A stretch of 41,956 nucleotides of DNA from Campylobacterota bacterium (GCA_030595845.1 JAUVCL010000001.1:1-41956), one strand, 5' to 3'; positions 1 to 10,370 are shown, counted from the first letter of the stretch. Translations and numbers: made by a program. Notes: generated by a model not told the origin, from the sequence alone.

Positions 1-1
1 A

Positions 2-30
2 AATGAGGAATGAGGAATGAGGAATGAGAA
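2..30. repeat. Tandem heptamer repeat (AATGAGG x3 + AATGAGA), possibly truncated by the window edge, overlapping the murI start
   Basis: aatgagg aatgagg aatgagg aatgaga read directly; a similar heptamer run occurs at 3839-3870. Confidence 0.85.
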
Positions 31-823
31 ATTAAAGATAGGTGTCTTTGACTCTGGACTTGGTGGATTGACAGTTGTTCAAGCTATGACAAAAGTGATC
101 AAAGGTGCTGAAATTTTTTATGTCGCAGACACGAAAAATGCGCCTTATGGTGAAAAAACACCAGAAGAGATCTTACAATACTCCCTGAATATCACGCAAT
201 ATCTCATCGATACCTATCAGATAGAGGCACTTATCTTAGCCTGTAATACTGCCACTTCTTCTGCCATTAAACATTTACGTGAAATGTACCCCTCCTTGAT
301 CATTATCGGAACAGAACCTGGGATCAAGCCTGCCATTGAACAGACTGATACGGGTAAGATCGGTGTACTTGCAACACCTGCTACACTGCAAGGTACCAAA
401 TATCAGGAACTTGCAAATATACTTTCCAGTACAAAAGATGTTGCACTTTTTGAACAGGCTTGTCCTGGACTGGTAGAGCAGATAGAAGAGGGGAAAACGC
501 ATAGTTTGGAGACAAAAATCTTATTAGAGAACTGGTTGATCCCTATGAAAGAGAATAATGTAGATACCATTGTTCTTGGATGTACGCATTATCCTTTAGT
601 CAGTCATGTGATCGAAGATATTATGCAGTCCAATGTGAAGCTTATCCATACAGGTCATGCGATTGCAAAACATCTCCTTCTTTTAGGAGAATCTAAAGGC
701 CATCATAATGTAGGTGATCTGTTTATCCATATTCATAGAACAGGAGATATCCAAGAGCATCTTATCAATGATATTCTTGATACTTATGTAACACTACACA
801 AGATAGAAATACCTACAGCATAG
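17..823 (+). CDS. murI: Glutamate racemase
   Basis: Motifs IGVFDSGLGGL, PYG, ACNTAT, LGCTHYP; exact start uncertain because of the heptamer repeat. Confidence 0.96.
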   Translation: MRNEKLKIGVFDSGLGGLTVVQAMTKVIKGAEIFYVADTKNAPYGEKTPEEILQYSLNITQYLIDTYQIEALILACNTATSSAIKHLREMYPSLIIIGTEPGIKPAIEQTDTGKIGVLATPATLQGTKYQELANILSSTKDVALFEQACPGLVEQIEEGKTHSLETKILLENWLIPMKENNVDTIVLGCTHYPLVSHVIEDIMQSNVKLIHTGHAIAKHLLLLGESKGHHNVGDLFIHIHRTGDIQEHLINDILDTYVTLHKIEIPTA

Positions 824-917
824 CTTATCTTCACTATAAGTGTTACTTCACTTACTATTATAAAAAATTATTTTTAACTATCTTAGTCTAACAATAGAAT
901 ACTATAAAGTTTAACTA

Positions 918-926
918 TGCTAGAAT
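918..926 (+). promoter_or_regulatory. Extended -10 (TGnTAGAAT) for the riboswitch-rhodanese transcript
   Basis: tgctagaat about 20 nt upstream of the predicted P1. Confidence 0.45.
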
Positions 927-944
927 AATTATATACGGTTATAC

Positions 945-1025
945 TGTATTGAAAAAGCCAAGTTTACTGTGAAGTAAATACGGAAAGTTATGGAACTCAT
1001 ACGAGTTTGCAAGACTACCAATGAA
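945..1025 (+). ncRNA. Divergent c-di-GMP-I (GEMM-I)-like riboswitch
   Basis: AAAAG-CC-AAG-TTTACT-GTGA-AGTAAA-TA-C-GG-AAA-GTTATGG-AACTC-ATAC-GAGTT-TGCAAGAC-TACC. P1 tattg/caatg, GNRA-capped P2, P3 with bulged G; colinear with the two clearer copies in this window. Confidence 0.72.
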
Positions 1026-1120
1026 TGTATAAGTGTTTATTGTATCAATAATCCTTAGCGTCTAAAAGAGTATACACCTATACTTTTTACATCATTATAT
1101 ATAAATCAAGGAGTTAGAAA

Positions 1121-1738
1121 ATGAGATTATCTTATTTGGCCGCTCTCGCACTTAGTACGCTTATAGCCAATGCTAACATTGTAGAGATAGTTGAAGGAAC
1201 GCCCTATGTTGAAGTTGAGGCTGATGGAAAAACCTATAAAGTTGAAAGAGTACAAGAAGAAGATAGCTATCTGACAAATACATTTGCATTAACATCTCGC
1301 CCCTCTCCACCATTTTTTATAGAACCATTTACAGTAAGTGATGGTATTGAAACGTTTGGTGAGCTTGAAGTTTTAGATTTTATCTCTCAAAAAAAGGGAC
1401 TTTTTATTGATGCGAGACTGGCAAACTGGTATGCAAAGTCTGCTATCCCATCGGCGGTAAATATCCCCTTTAAACTTTTCTTGTCTGAGACACCTGAACG
1501 TGAAAAGATACTTAAAGATCTGGGTGGAGAATATACAAAAAATGGAGAGTGGGATTTTGCCAATGCAAAAACGATACTTTTGTATTGTAATGGTGCGTGG
1601 TGTGGACAGTCACCTACTGCGATCAATGCTTTAATTGAATTGGGATACCCAAAATCTAAAATGAAATACTACCGTGGCGGTATGCAGTCATGGCAGTTAC
1701 TGGGCTTAACAACTATCGTGCCTAAGGAGACAAAATGA
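1121..1738 (+). CDS. Exported rhodanese-domain (sulfurtransferase) protein
   Basis: Signal peptide, FIDAR, AIPSAVNIP, active-site loop YCNGAWCGQS, YYRGGMQSW; RBS aaggag. Confidence 0.88.
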   Translation: MRLSYLAALALSTLIANANIVEIVEGTPYVEVEADGKTYKVERVQEEDSYLTNTFALTSRPSPPFFIEPFTVSDGIETFGELEVLDFISQKKGLFIDARLANWYAKSAIPSAVNIPFKLFLSETPEREKILKDLGGEYTKNGEWDFANAKTILLYCNGAWCGQSPTAINALIELGYPKSKMKYYRGGMQSWQLLGLTTIVPKETK

Positions 1739-2349
1739 GAATTATAGCCTTACTATTAATGTTGGTAGTATCTGCAACGGCAGGGAAATATGATAAAGTA
1801 AAAATTACACCGGATATGGCGTATATTTATGTGTATCATAAAGGTAAAGCGGTCAAAGTGCACAGAATTCAAGATACCAAACATAAACTTACCGGAGAAT
1901 ATGCAAGAACATATAGACCAGGCAAAGATATACAGCCTATCAAAATGCATAAAGATATTACAACTATAGGAGAGGTAGAATTACTTCAATTTATGGTAAA
2001 TAAAGGTAATAAGAAAAAAGGACTGCTTGTTGATCTCCGACCAAAAAGAGATTACAGAAAAGAGTCTATTCCCTCAGCAGTTAATATTCCCGCAGAGACA
2101 AAAGACAATCAAACTAAAGTAGAAAAGATACTAAATATCTTAGGTGCGAAGAGAGCTCCTGACGGTTCGTTGGATGCAAGTAGAGCAATGGAAGTCGCTT
2201 TTTACTGTAATGGGTTGTGGTGTGACAAATCATCTGAATTTATCAAAACATTTTTAGAACTTGGCTATCCTGCAGATAAAATGTTGTATTATCGCGGTGG
2301 TATCCAGATGTGGAAAATACTAGGATTTACAACGGTTACAAACCAATAA
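1735..2349 (+). CDS. Exported rhodanese-domain protein, paralogue of the upstream gene
   Basis: Signal peptide, LVDLR, SIPSAVNIP, YCNGLWCDKS, YYRGGIQMW; ATGA overlap with the previous gene. Confidence 0.88.
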   Translation: MRIIALLLMLVVSATAGKYDKVKITPDMAYIYVYHKGKAVKVHRIQDTKHKLTGEYARTYRPGKDIQPIKMHKDITTIGEVELLQFMVNKGNKKKGLLVDLRPKRDYRKESIPSAVNIPAETKDNQTKVEKILNILGAKRAPDGSLDASRAMEVAFYCNGLWCDKSSEFIKTFLELGYPADKMLYYRGGIQMWKILGFTTVTNQ

Positions 2350-2361
2350 AAGGACGAGGGA

Positions 2362-2829
2362 ATGAAAAATTTATTAGAAAGCTTTGCGGTATTACTTGTG
2401 GGGCTTTTGTCTTTACTCATTGTTTATTTGATTGTGCAGTATAACATGATAGAAGATCAGGTGATAGAAGATATTGATTACACGGTAACTGAGAAGAAAC
2501 AAGAGACAAAAGCAAATTATCTTGAAAGTCTTGAAGACTATGGTGAAGATGTTGATGTTGAAGTGGATGCAAAAAAAGAAAGTACAGCAAATACGGTTTC
2601 TGTAAGATCTGAAGAAGCGAATGATGATCTAGCTGATGTGGTGGAAGATAAATCTAAATCAAGTTATATGAAAAACTTGGAAAATTATGCAGAGAAAGCT
2701 GCAGATGAGAAATTAGATGAAGCTAAACCAGATGCAGAGGACACTTCAGGTGAACCTCAAAAGTTAGAGCATGAAGAAATTGTAGATGAAGTAGGTATGG
2801 CTATAGATGCTGCATTAGACAGTCTATAG
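2362..2829 (+). CDS. Hypothetical acidic membrane-anchored protein
   Basis: N-terminal hydrophobic helix, D/E-rich body, internal repeat KANYLESLEDY / KSSYMKNLENY, RBS present. Confidence 0.75.
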   Translation: MKNLLESFAVLLVGLLSLLIVYLIVQYNMIEDQVIEDIDYTVTEKKQETKANYLESLEDYGEDVDVEVDAKKESTANTVSVRSEEANDDLADVVEDKSKSSYMKNLENYAEKAADEKLDEAKPDAEDTSGEPQKLEHEEIVDEVGMAIDAALDSL

Positions 2830-2837
2830 GGTACCTT

Positions 2838-3800
2838 TTACGGTAATCCTATAGCTTCCTTGACTTTAGTCATTTTAGCTTGTGCTATGGCTTTAGCTTT
2901 CTTGGCCCCTTGTGCCAAGATATCATTTACCTCATCCATATGGTTGAGGTAATACGCACGTTTTTCTCTTGCTTCACCCAACTCCTCCCAAATAAGTTCT
3001 TTGAGATATTTTTTGAAGTGACCATATCCTTCTTTTCCGCTTTTATAACGTGTCTGCAATTCAATTTTTTCTGATTCATTTAAGAAGAGTGATGCCAGTG
3101 CATAGATATTGTCTCCTTCATATTCTAAGGGTTCACCTAGAGGGGTGGAAGAAGATATAATCTTGTTACATCTTTTTTGTAAGGGTTTTTCATCCATAAA
3201 GAGGTCAATGGCATTGTCATAGCTTTTAGACATTTTTTGGCCATCTATACCAGGGATGGTAGCAACATCCTCTTGGACAATATGTTCGGGCAGTGTAAAT
3301 ATCTCTCCATATTCATTGTTGAATTTTATGGCAATATCCCGAGTCATTTCTACATGCTGTATTTGGTCTTTTCCTACAGGTACTTTTTGTGTGTCTAACA
3401 TCAGTATATCTGCAGCCATCAGGACAGGGTAGGAAAACAGTGCATGATTCGCAGAGATACCTTTAGCTACCTTATCTTTGTAACTGTGAGCACGTTCGAG
3501 TAGACCCATAGGGGTAAACTTTGAGAGTATCCAGTAGAGTTCAAGGACTTCAGGCATATCACTCTGCACCCAAAATGTTGTTTTTTCAGGGTCAAGTCCA
3601 AGTGAAAGGTAGTCAACAGCAGCATCGATCGTGTATTGTTTCAGAGTGGCTGCATCTTTTGATGTTGTCAGTGAGTGGTAGTTGGCAATAAAAGTAAAAA
3701 GCTCATGCTCTTCTTGAAGTTCAATCATCGGCTTCATAGCACCAAAATAGTTTCCTATATGCAGTTTCCCTGAAGCTTGTATTCCTGTAAGTACACGCAT
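2838..3800 (-). CDS. trpS: Tryptophanyl-tRNA synthetase
   Basis: HIGN, YPVLMAADIL, VPVGKDQ, KMSKS motifs. Confidence 0.97.
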   Translation of the reverse strand: MRVLTGIQASGKLHIGNYFGAMKPMIELQEEHELFTFIANYHSLTTSKDAATLKQYTIDAAVDYLSLGLDPEKTTFWVQSDMPEVLELYWILSKFTPMGLLERAHSYKDKVAKGISANHALFSYPVLMAADILMLDTQKVPVGKDQIQHVEMTRDIAIKFNNEYGEIFTLPEHIVQEDVATIPGIDGQKMSKSYDNAIDLFMDEKPLQKRCNKIISSSTPLGEPLEYEGDNIYALASLFLNESEKIELQTRYKSGKEGYGHFKKYLKELIWEELGEAREKRAYYLNHMDEVNDILAQGAKKAKAIAQAKMTKVKEAIGLP

Positions 3801-3838
3801 GGACTCTCCTGTTATAATTTGTGCAATTATAGCAGGAG

Positions 3839-3870
3839 AATTAGAAATTAGAAATGAGAAATGAGAAATG
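3839..3870. repeat. Tandem heptamer repeat (AATTAGA x2, AATGAGA x2)
   Basis: Read directly; immediately upstream of the trpS extended -10 (TGCTATAAT on minus, 3834-3826). Confidence 0.8.
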
Positions 3871-3884
3871 GAGGGAAGATCTAT

Positions 3885-5300
3885 CTAAAATTCTTCTTCA
3901 TCATCAAAACGTTCACCGCGTTTTCGTGCAACGATGTCCAAAGGTACTCCTTCAAAGTCAAATTTTTCTCTGAAAAAGTTTGCGAGGTAACGTATGTAGG
4001 AGAAGTGTAAAAATGCCGGTTTGTTGGTGATGAGTGCTATTTTTGGCGGTTTGGTCTCATATTGTGTTGCAAATTTTATGTTGACTACAGCACCATGATG
4101 TGAAGGGACATGGTGTCTTCTGATCGCAGCACGCAGGGTATCGTTAAGGTCAGAGGTTGAGATACGTCTTTTATAGCGCCCGTAAATATCGACAACTTGA
4201 TCTAATATTTTATTGACACGTAATCCTGTTTTAGCAGAGATAGTAATAAAAGGTGCATAGTGGAGGAATTTCAATTCATCGCGAATATCATCCACTACTT
4301 CTTCATAGCTTCTGTCCTCTTTAATGTCCCACTTATTGAGTACAATAAGGCATGCTAATTTATGTTCTTCTATAAGACCAGCTACTCTTTCATCTAGTTC
4401 TGATACTTGCACGGTTGAATCAAGTATCAGTAATACGAGGTTTGCTTTCTTGAGCATTTCCGTGGTTCTCGTCAATGCAAATTTTTCGATGCCTAAGATT
4501 TTGGAGCGTTTTCTAATACCTGCAGTATCTATGAATGTGATCTCATGCTCATTATGCTCTATCATCTCATCGATAGGGTCTATGGTAGTTCCTGCGACAT
4601 CTGATACAACAGAGCGTTCTTCACCCAAAAGTGCGTTGAGCAGTGATGATTTTCCTGTATTGACACGACCAATGATCGCTACACGTATTTTATTGTCAAT
4701 CTCATCTTCCTTGACACGGTTGATATCTCGGACGATCTCATCAAAAGGATCGATCTCTGTATCTTCTTCAAGGACAAGACCTTCTTCCTCTTGTGGTGCA
4801 GGGATATGCTCTTCCAGCCATGCATAAAAATCATTAAAATAACGGTTATGACTGACCGACATAGGGAAGGTAGCATCTGCACCAAATTCTAAAAATTCCC
4901 AGTAACGCTCTTCTTCTTTATCATTATCAATTTTATTGACCACGAGGGCCAAAGGTTTTTTCATGGCCTGAAGATTATAGAAAAGTTCTCTGTCTTCCTC
5001 ACTTGGCAGTGTTTTCCCATCAACCATATAGATGATGATATCTGCCTCTTCAGCAGCTCTTAGTGAAAATGCTGCTACTTTGGCAAAGAGTTCAGAGGAG
5101 TAATCTATCCCTCCGGTATCAAGGACTTCAAAGTCACGATTTTCAGAAATGGTTACAATACGTTTTTTGACATCTCTTGTGGTACCGGACATGTCGGAAG
5201 TGATGGCATCTCTTTGTCTTGCCAAACGGTTAAAGAGTGAACTCTTTCCTACATTTGGTCGACCAACGATGGCTACTTTTTTTAGTGTTTGTTCTTGCAT
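3885..5300 (-). CDS. der: Ribosome biogenesis GTPase Der (EngA)
   Basis: Two GTPase domains (GRPNVGKS/DTGG/NKID and GRVNTGKS/DTAG/NKWD) plus C-terminal KH-like domain. Confidence 0.97.
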   Translation of the reverse strand: MQEQTLKKVAIVGRPNVGKSSLFNRLARQRDAITSDMSGTTRDVKKRIVTISENRDFEVLDTGGIDYSSELFAKVAAFSLRAAEEADIIIYMVDGKTLPSEEDRELFYNLQAMKKPLALVVNKIDNDKEEERYWEFLEFGADATFPMSVSHNRYFNDFYAWLEEHIPAPQEEEGLVLEEDTEIDPFDEIVRDINRVKEDEIDNKIRVAIIGRVNTGKSSLLNALLGEERSVVSDVAGTTIDPIDEMIEHNEHEITFIDTAGIRKRSKILGIEKFALTRTTEMLKKANLVLLILDSTVQVSELDERVAGLIEEHKLACLIVLNKWDIKEDRSYEEVVDDIRDELKFLHYAPFITISAKTGLRVNKILDQVVDIYGRYKRRISTSDLNDTLRAAIRRHHVPSHHGAVVNIKFATQYETKPPKIALITNKPAFLHFSYIRYLANFFREKFDFEGVPLDIVARKRGERFDDEEEF

Positions 5301-5344
5301 GATGATTTTCTTTCTAAATAATTACGCGTATTATAGCAGAAAAT

Positions 5345-5483
5345 GTAGGGTGTTGTACGATTCAGCATTTAGTGCTTCACTTGCACTGCATTTTAATGCT
5401 TGTGTCCTCACAACACCAATTGGAATATTGAATTAAAATCAGGTCTTGAATTTAAAAGGTGTTGTGGGGACACAACACCCTAC
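5345..5483. repeat. GTAG-type REP doublet (REPIN-like); left REP interrupted by the 43-bp element
   Basis: GTAGGGTGTTGT..GTCCTCACAACACC and inverted GGTGTTGTGGGGACACAACACCCTAC. Confidence 0.9.
5357..5399 (-). mobile_element. 43-bp micro-element (copy 1) flanked by TTGT direct repeats
   Basis: Removing 43 bp plus one TTGT restores exactly the intact REP seen at 15205-15230. Confidence 0.8.
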
Positions 5484-5496
5484 TAGGGTCAAATAT

Positions 5497-6693
5497 CTAT
5501 TTTTCAGGCATCTGCTCCACATAAAGTGATTGTGAGGGGAAAGCAAAGGAAGAGCCATTTTCTTCAACGATCTTCATGATCTTTAAGTGTATATCTTCAC
5601 GTATATCAAGATAATGTTCCCAGTTAGCCGTTCTGGTAAATGTATAAATAAAGATATTTAAAGCAGAGTCTCCAAAAGATTCAAAGTTGACAAGTAAAGT
5701 ATCTCTTTGAGAAATATCTGCATGCTCTTGTAACATTTTTTTAATGTCCTGCACGATCGTGTTCATCGTTTCACCATCTGTACTATAGGTCAAACCTATG
5801 CGCATCTTAATACGTCTAATGCCTCTACGTGAAAAGTTTTCTATGGGATTATTTGCCACGATATGATTGGGTACAGTGATGAGCGATTTTTGAAAAGAAC
5901 GTATCTTTGTGGTCCTCATGCCTATACTCTCTACTGTTCCTTCCACACCACCGACTTTGATCCACTCTCCTATACGTATGGATTTGTCTGCAAGCAGTGA
6001 AAAAGAACCAAAGAGATTGGCAGCAGTATCTTTTGCTGCAAGTGCAAAAGCCAGCCCCCCGATCCCTAATGAAGCAACCAATGCAGTGACATTAATACCC
6101 CAAACCTGAAGCATAGCACCTAAACCTATCCCACCCACGAGTATTTTTATAATGGCAAGAATAAAGTTTCCCATTTCTACTGAAAAATCATGATTAAATT
6201 TACCCGTAATAGAATAAATGACAGAACGAAGCGCTTCTAAAATAGAAAGTATGGCCCAAAATACCACATAAACAACAAGCGTACTTAAAATATGTTTGAT
6301 GGTTTGGGATTCATTAAAAATAAGTAAGAAAAAAAGATGCATCCCAATGATGATAAAGGTAAAACTGAGTGGACCCTTGAGTGCCGTAATGATCTTGTCA
6401 TCATAATAATTATCTGTTTTTTTCGCAAGCTTGTGAAGGATGACCGTGACAATAGTAGTAAAGAGTCTGCGTAGATATAAAAAAAGTAAAAAAACGAGTG
6501 TCGCAGCTATGAGATTTGCCAAGGGTATGTCTAAAAATGTATTGCCTAAAAATGGAAACTTCGCATACACAGGAATAAGAAGTTCCTGTATAGTAGCGTT
6601 CATTCCCATATCTAATCCGTCTATGACGTTGAGGGTAACCGTTGTATTATCTTCTATTGTTTGTTGAGTTGGCATTTTTTTATTATCCTTCAT
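5497..6693 (-). CDS. mscS: Small-conductance mechanosensitive channel (MscS family)
   Basis: Multiple TM helices, GIGGLAFALAAKDTAANLFG, IRIGEWI, GTVESIGMRTT, FAFPSQ. Confidence 0.92.
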   Translation of the reverse strand: MKDNKKMPTQQTIEDNTTVTLNVIDGLDMGMNATIQELLIPVYAKFPFLGNTFLDIPLANLIAATLVFLLFLYLRRLFTTIVTVILHKLAKKTDNYYDDKIITALKGPLSFTFIIIGMHLFFLLIFNESQTIKHILSTLVVYVVFWAILSILEALRSVIYSITGKFNHDFSVEMGNFILAIIKILVGGIGLGAMLQVWGINVTALVASLGIGGLAFALAAKDTAANLFGSFSLLADKSIRIGEWIKVGGVEGTVESIGMRTTKIRSFQKSLITVPNHIVANNPIENFSRRGIRRIKMRIGLTYSTDGETMNTIVQDIKKMLQEHADISQRDTLLVNFESFGDSALNIFIYTFTRTANWEHYLDIREDIHLKIMKIVEENGSSFAFPSQSLYVEQMPEK

Positions 6694-6745
6694 CTTTTAT
6701 CCATAGAATTATAGTAAAATTTCATATAATAACAATTATAAAGGT

Positions 6746-7498
6746 TTGATGATGATACGTAAAAGTTTTATGTTGGGTATTTTATGGGTTTTTTTCGTGA
6801 GTTTTTCTTCTGCACAGGTAACAAAGATCAATTATGTCGGTACATTTGGCGTCTTTGGTAAAGTGGCCATGCTTAAGACAAGGATGACAAAAAAATCCAA
6901 CCGTTATGAATTGGTTACAGATCTGGAAGTACACGGAATTGCAAAATTAATTTTGGACAATCATGAAGAACAGCATATTTCTAAAGGACATATCGTTAAC
7001 GGACTGATGGTCAGTGATCTGTATACGATCAAACAAAATCGTGGAAGCAAGAGAGTTCTTAAAGAGTATAAACTTGATCACAAACTCAAAAAAGTGAGTA
7101 AACGAGTAAGAGAGTGGAAAAAGGGTAAATTGGTCAAAGATAAAAAAGAAACCTTAAAATTCTATGCTAAAAATGACCTTTTAACTTTGTACTTTAATTT
7201 AAATAATGCCATTAAAAATAAGAAAAAAGGGAAGACCTATCTGTTTAGATCAGTAGGACTTGAAAAACAAGAAGGAAAAGCATATATCACTGTTCCAAAC
7301 ACTGCACAACTCCCTGCCTATAAAAAAGATCTCGGAAATACAGCGGTACAGTATGCAAAAGTACTTATACATCAACGTAACTTTCGAAAGAAAAAAGGGG
7401 ATATCCTGCTTTCAGTTGCCAAAGACGGCTTTATAGAAAAATCAGTGATCAAAGATGTATTGTTATATGGAGATGCAAAGATAGAACGTGTCAGATAA
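6746..7498 (+). CDS. Exported basic hypothetical protein (DUF3108-like by impression)
   Basis: Signal peptide, K-rich, beta-strand pattern; family assignment tentative. Confidence 0.6.
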   Translation: MMMIRKSFMLGILWVFFVSFSSAQVTKINYVGTFGVFGKVAMLKTRMTKKSNRYELVTDLEVHGIAKLILDNHEEQHISKGHIVNGLMVSDLYTIKQNRGSKRVLKEYKLDHKLKKVSKRVREWKKGKLVKDKKETLKFYAKNDLLTLYFNLNNAIKNKKKGKTYLFRSVGLEKQEGKAYITVPNTAQLPAYKKDLGNTAVQYAKVLIHQRNFRKKKGDILLSVAKDGFIEKSVIKDVLLYGDAKIERVR

Positions 7499-7558
7499 TC
7501 TTGCAGTGTAAAACAAAGTCAATTACTTTAAATATGCTACACTTGCGAAAAAACAGGG

Positions 7559-8467
7559 ATGCAGTTGAAAGATAAAATTAAAAATATGGATAGAGGTATC
7601 CTGTTTATGTTACTTGCTTCACTTTCATTTGCTGCCATGGGTGGATTTGCAAAAGTAGTCTCTCAGGTATTACCTCCCGTTGAAGTTACATTTTTTAGAA
7701 ATATCTTTGGGGTTATCATCGTAGGGGTCGCTATCTATAAAGTGCCGTTGAAACAAACAGGAGGAAAACCTTGGTTACTCCTGTTCCGTGGTTCCATGGG
7801 GTTTGCAGCACTCTTGGCCTATTTTTATATTATGGCACATATTCCACTGGGTGAGGCCGTAACATATAACAAAACATCACCTATCTTTGTTGCCATCTTT
7901 GCCTATCTCTTTTTAAATGAAAAGTTACATAAAAGTGCATTACTTGCCATTGTTATAGGATTTGCCGGTATTGTTTTAGTAGCACAACCCGAAGGTGGCA
8001 CATTTGACAAGTATGACATACTGGGTATCTTTTCTGGTATAGGCGCAGCTTTAGCCTATACCTCCATTCGTGAACTTAGAAAGTATTACGATACACGGGC
8101 GATTGTGATGTCATTTATGGGTGTGGGTACAGTTGTTCCGCTTATTTTAATGCTTGTCACACCTTATGTGAATGTGTCAGAAGATTTTGACTGGATGTTT
8201 GCAGAATTTGTAATGCCTCAGGGAGTAGAGTGGGGGTACGTAACCGCAGTAGGTATTTTTGCGACCATCTCGCAATTGTTGATGACAAAAGCCTATGAAT
8301 TAACAAAGGCAGGGATAGTTGGTACGATAAGTTACAGTAATATTGTCTTTGCAGTCATCATTGGGGTGATGTTAGGGGATCCTATACCTGATACTTGGAC
8401 AGTTTTGGGTATACTCTTGGTAATACTGTCAGGGTTAATTGTAGCCCTTCCCAAAGGAATAAAATGA
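7559..8467 (+). CDS. DMT/EamA family transporter
   Basis: About 10 TM helices in two repeats; [17 protein letters not shown]. Confidence 0.9.
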   Translation: MQLKDKIKNMDRGILFMLLASLSFAAMGGFAKVVSQVLPPVEVTFFRNIFGVIIVGVAIYKVPLKQTGGKPWLLLFRGSMGFAALLAYFYIMAHIPLGEAVTYNKTSPIFVAIFAYLFLNEKLHKSALLAIVIGFAGIVLVAQPEGGTFDKYDILGIFSGIGAALAYTSIRELRKYYDTRAIVMSFMGVGTVVPLILMLVTPYVNVSEDFDWMFAEFVMPQGVEWGYVTAVGIFATISQLLMTKAYELTKAGIVGTISYSNIVFAVIIGVMLGDPIPDTWTVLGILLVILSGLIVALPKGIK

Positions 8468-9264
8468 TACTTATAGCCGGTCCTTGCGTTTTAGAAAGCA
8501 GAGATAATGTGATGAGAATTGCAGAGTCATTAAACGTATATCATGAAGATTGCACCAAAGATTTTTATTTTAAAGCGAGTTTTGACAAAGCAAACCGAAC
8601 AAGCCTTGATTCTTTTAGAGGACCAGGTCTTGATGAAGGGCTTAAAATGCTTCAAGAGGTCAAAGATCAGTTTGGTTACAAGATCTTAACTGATGTGCAT
8701 GATTACACACAACCAGCAGCAGTAGCTGAGGTAGCAGATGTACTTCAAATACCTGCATTTTTATGTCGTCAGACTGACCTGCTTGTTGCTGCGGCAAAGA
8801 CTTCAGCAGTAGTGAACATTAAAAAAGGACAGTTTTTAGCACCTGCAGCGATGGAGCATTCCGTAGCTAAAGTACTTAAAACAAGAGGTTTTGACGGTGA
8901 AGTATCGTATGAAAATGCGAAAAAATACAATGTATGGTTGACAGAGCGTGGATCTACTTTTGGCTATGGTAATCTTATAGTGGATATGAGAGGGTTGAAG
9001 CAAATGAGAGAGTTTGCACCTGTAGTATTTGATGCAACGCATTCTGTACAACAACCAGCAAGCGGAGGAGCGACATCAGGTGGTGATTCTGCATTGGTTC
9101 CTTATCTTTCACGTGCAGCGGCAGCCGTGGGTGTAGATGGGTTCTTTTTTGAGACGCACTTTGATCCGAGCATCGCTTTAAGCGACGGACCCAATATGAT
9201 TGAATTGACAAAGCTTGATGCATTGGTAAAACAGATAGATGCGATCAGAACTATTATAGAATAA
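8464..9264 (+). CDS. kdsA: KDO8P synthase
   Basis: [45 protein letters not shown]; start moved to ATG 8464 (ATGA overlap with DMT gene). Confidence 0.96.
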   Translation: MILIAGPCVLESRDNVMRIAESLNVYHEDCTKDFYFKASFDKANRTSLDSFRGPGLDEGLKMLQEVKDQFGYKILTDVHDYTQPAAVAEVADVLQIPAFLCRQTDLLVAAAKTSAVVNIKKGQFLAPAAMEHSVAKVLKTRGFDGEVSYENAKKYNVWLTERGSTFGYGNLIVDMRGLKQMREFAPVVFDATHSVQQPASGGATSGGDSALVPYLSRAAAAVGVDGFFFETHFDPSIALSDGPNMIELTKLDALVKQIDAIRTIIE

Positions 9265-9273
9265 TAGTTTTAA

Positions 9274-9383
9274 CTCGTTCCCATGCTCTACGTGGGAATG
9301 TATATTTGAGTTCAATAGTTTAAACAAGTAGTTTTGTATATTGGATTGATATATGCGTTACATATCAGGAGATATGGAACGAG
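9274..9383. repeat. CTCGTTCC-type palindromic repeat doublet
   Basis: CTCGTTCCCATGCTCTACGTGGGAATGTAT (9274-9303) and a diverged inverted partner at 9352-9383. Confidence 0.8.
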
Positions 9384-9421
9384 AGAAACAAAAGTTAAAA
9401 ATTTTAATTAGAAGGAAAAAT

Positions 9422-9892
9422 ATGACAACAGTAGAAGGTAACTTACAAGTAGATAAGAGTAAAAAAGTAGCGATTATTAATGGGAGATTTAACCACTTCA
9501 TTACAGATAGACTAGTAGAAGGTGCTCAAGATGTATATGCAAGACATGGTGGAAATGTTGATAACTTGGATCTTATCTTGGTACCTGGTGCATTTGAAAT
9601 ACCATTTGCACTAGACAAAGCTTTGGCTTCGGGTAAGTATGATGCTGTATGTTGTTTGGGTGCAGTGATTCGTGGAGCAACACCTCATTTTGATTATATC
9701 TCTGCTGAGGCAACAAAAGGTGTGGCTACTGTTGGACTTAAACATGGTAAAGCAGTGACATTTGGTGTCCTTACAGTTGATAGCATTGAACAGGCGATTG
9801 AGAGAGCAGGTACAAAAGCAGGAAATAAAGGTGGCGAAGCGATGGCAGGACTTATTGAGCTTATGAATGTATATACTGAACTAGAGAAATAA
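9422..9892 (+). CDS. ribH: 6,7-dimethyl-8-ribityllumazine synthase
   Basis: [37 protein letters not shown]; start at ATG 9422 after RBS aagga. Confidence 0.97.
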   Translation: MTTVEGNLQVDKSKKVAIINGRFNHFITDRLVEGAQDVYARHGGNVDNLDLILVPGAFEIPFALDKALASGKYDAVCCLGAVIRGATPHFDYISAEATKGVATVGLKHGKAVTFGVLTVDSIEQAIERAGTKAGNKGGEAMAGLIELMNVYTELEK

Positions 9893-9893
9893 A

Positions 9894-10292
9894 ATGGCAA
9901 CAAGACATCAAGCACGTACGGCTGTTGTAGGGTTACTCTATGCCTTTGATCTGGGTAATGAGAACATTGCAAACTTTTCAGATGAGATACTTGAAGAGGG
10001 TAAGATCCGTAACAAACAAAGAGAATTTTCAAATTCACTTTTTTCAGGTACAGTAGAAAACCTTGAAATGTTAGATAAAGAGATCCAGTCACATTTAAAG
10101 GATTGGGATTATGATGGCATTGGCAAAGTTGAAAAAGCGATTATGAGACTTGGTGCTTATGAGATAATTGTAGCCAAAACAGATAGAGCTATTATCATTA
10201 ATGAAGCAGTGGAACTTGCAAAAGCATTGGCAGATGAGAAGTCACCACAGTTTATCAATGGTGTTTTAGATGCTATAGGAAAAGAACTGTAG
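9894..10292 (+). CDS. nusB: Transcription antitermination factor NusB
   Basis: MATRHQAR, IINEAVELAK, FINGVLD; follows ribH. Confidence 0.95.
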   Translation: MATRHQARTAVVGLLYAFDLGNENIANFSDEILEEGKIRNKQREFSNSLFSGTVENLEMLDKEIQSHLKDWDYDGIGKVEKAIMRLGAYEIIVAKTDRAIIINEAVELAKALADEKSPQFINGVLDAIGKEL

Positions 10293-10353
10293 GGTGTTGT
10301 TTCTTGACAACACGCTGTTATATATTTGGTGCTGTGGGGACACAGCACCCTAC
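10289..10353. repeat. GTAG-type REP doublet, uninterrupted
   Basis: GTAGGGTGTTGTTTCTTGACAACAC and inverted GGTGCTGTGGGGACACAGCACCCTAC; the GTAG head contains the nusB stop. Confidence 0.88.
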
Positions 10354-10370
10354 AGGGGTTAAAATGATAA

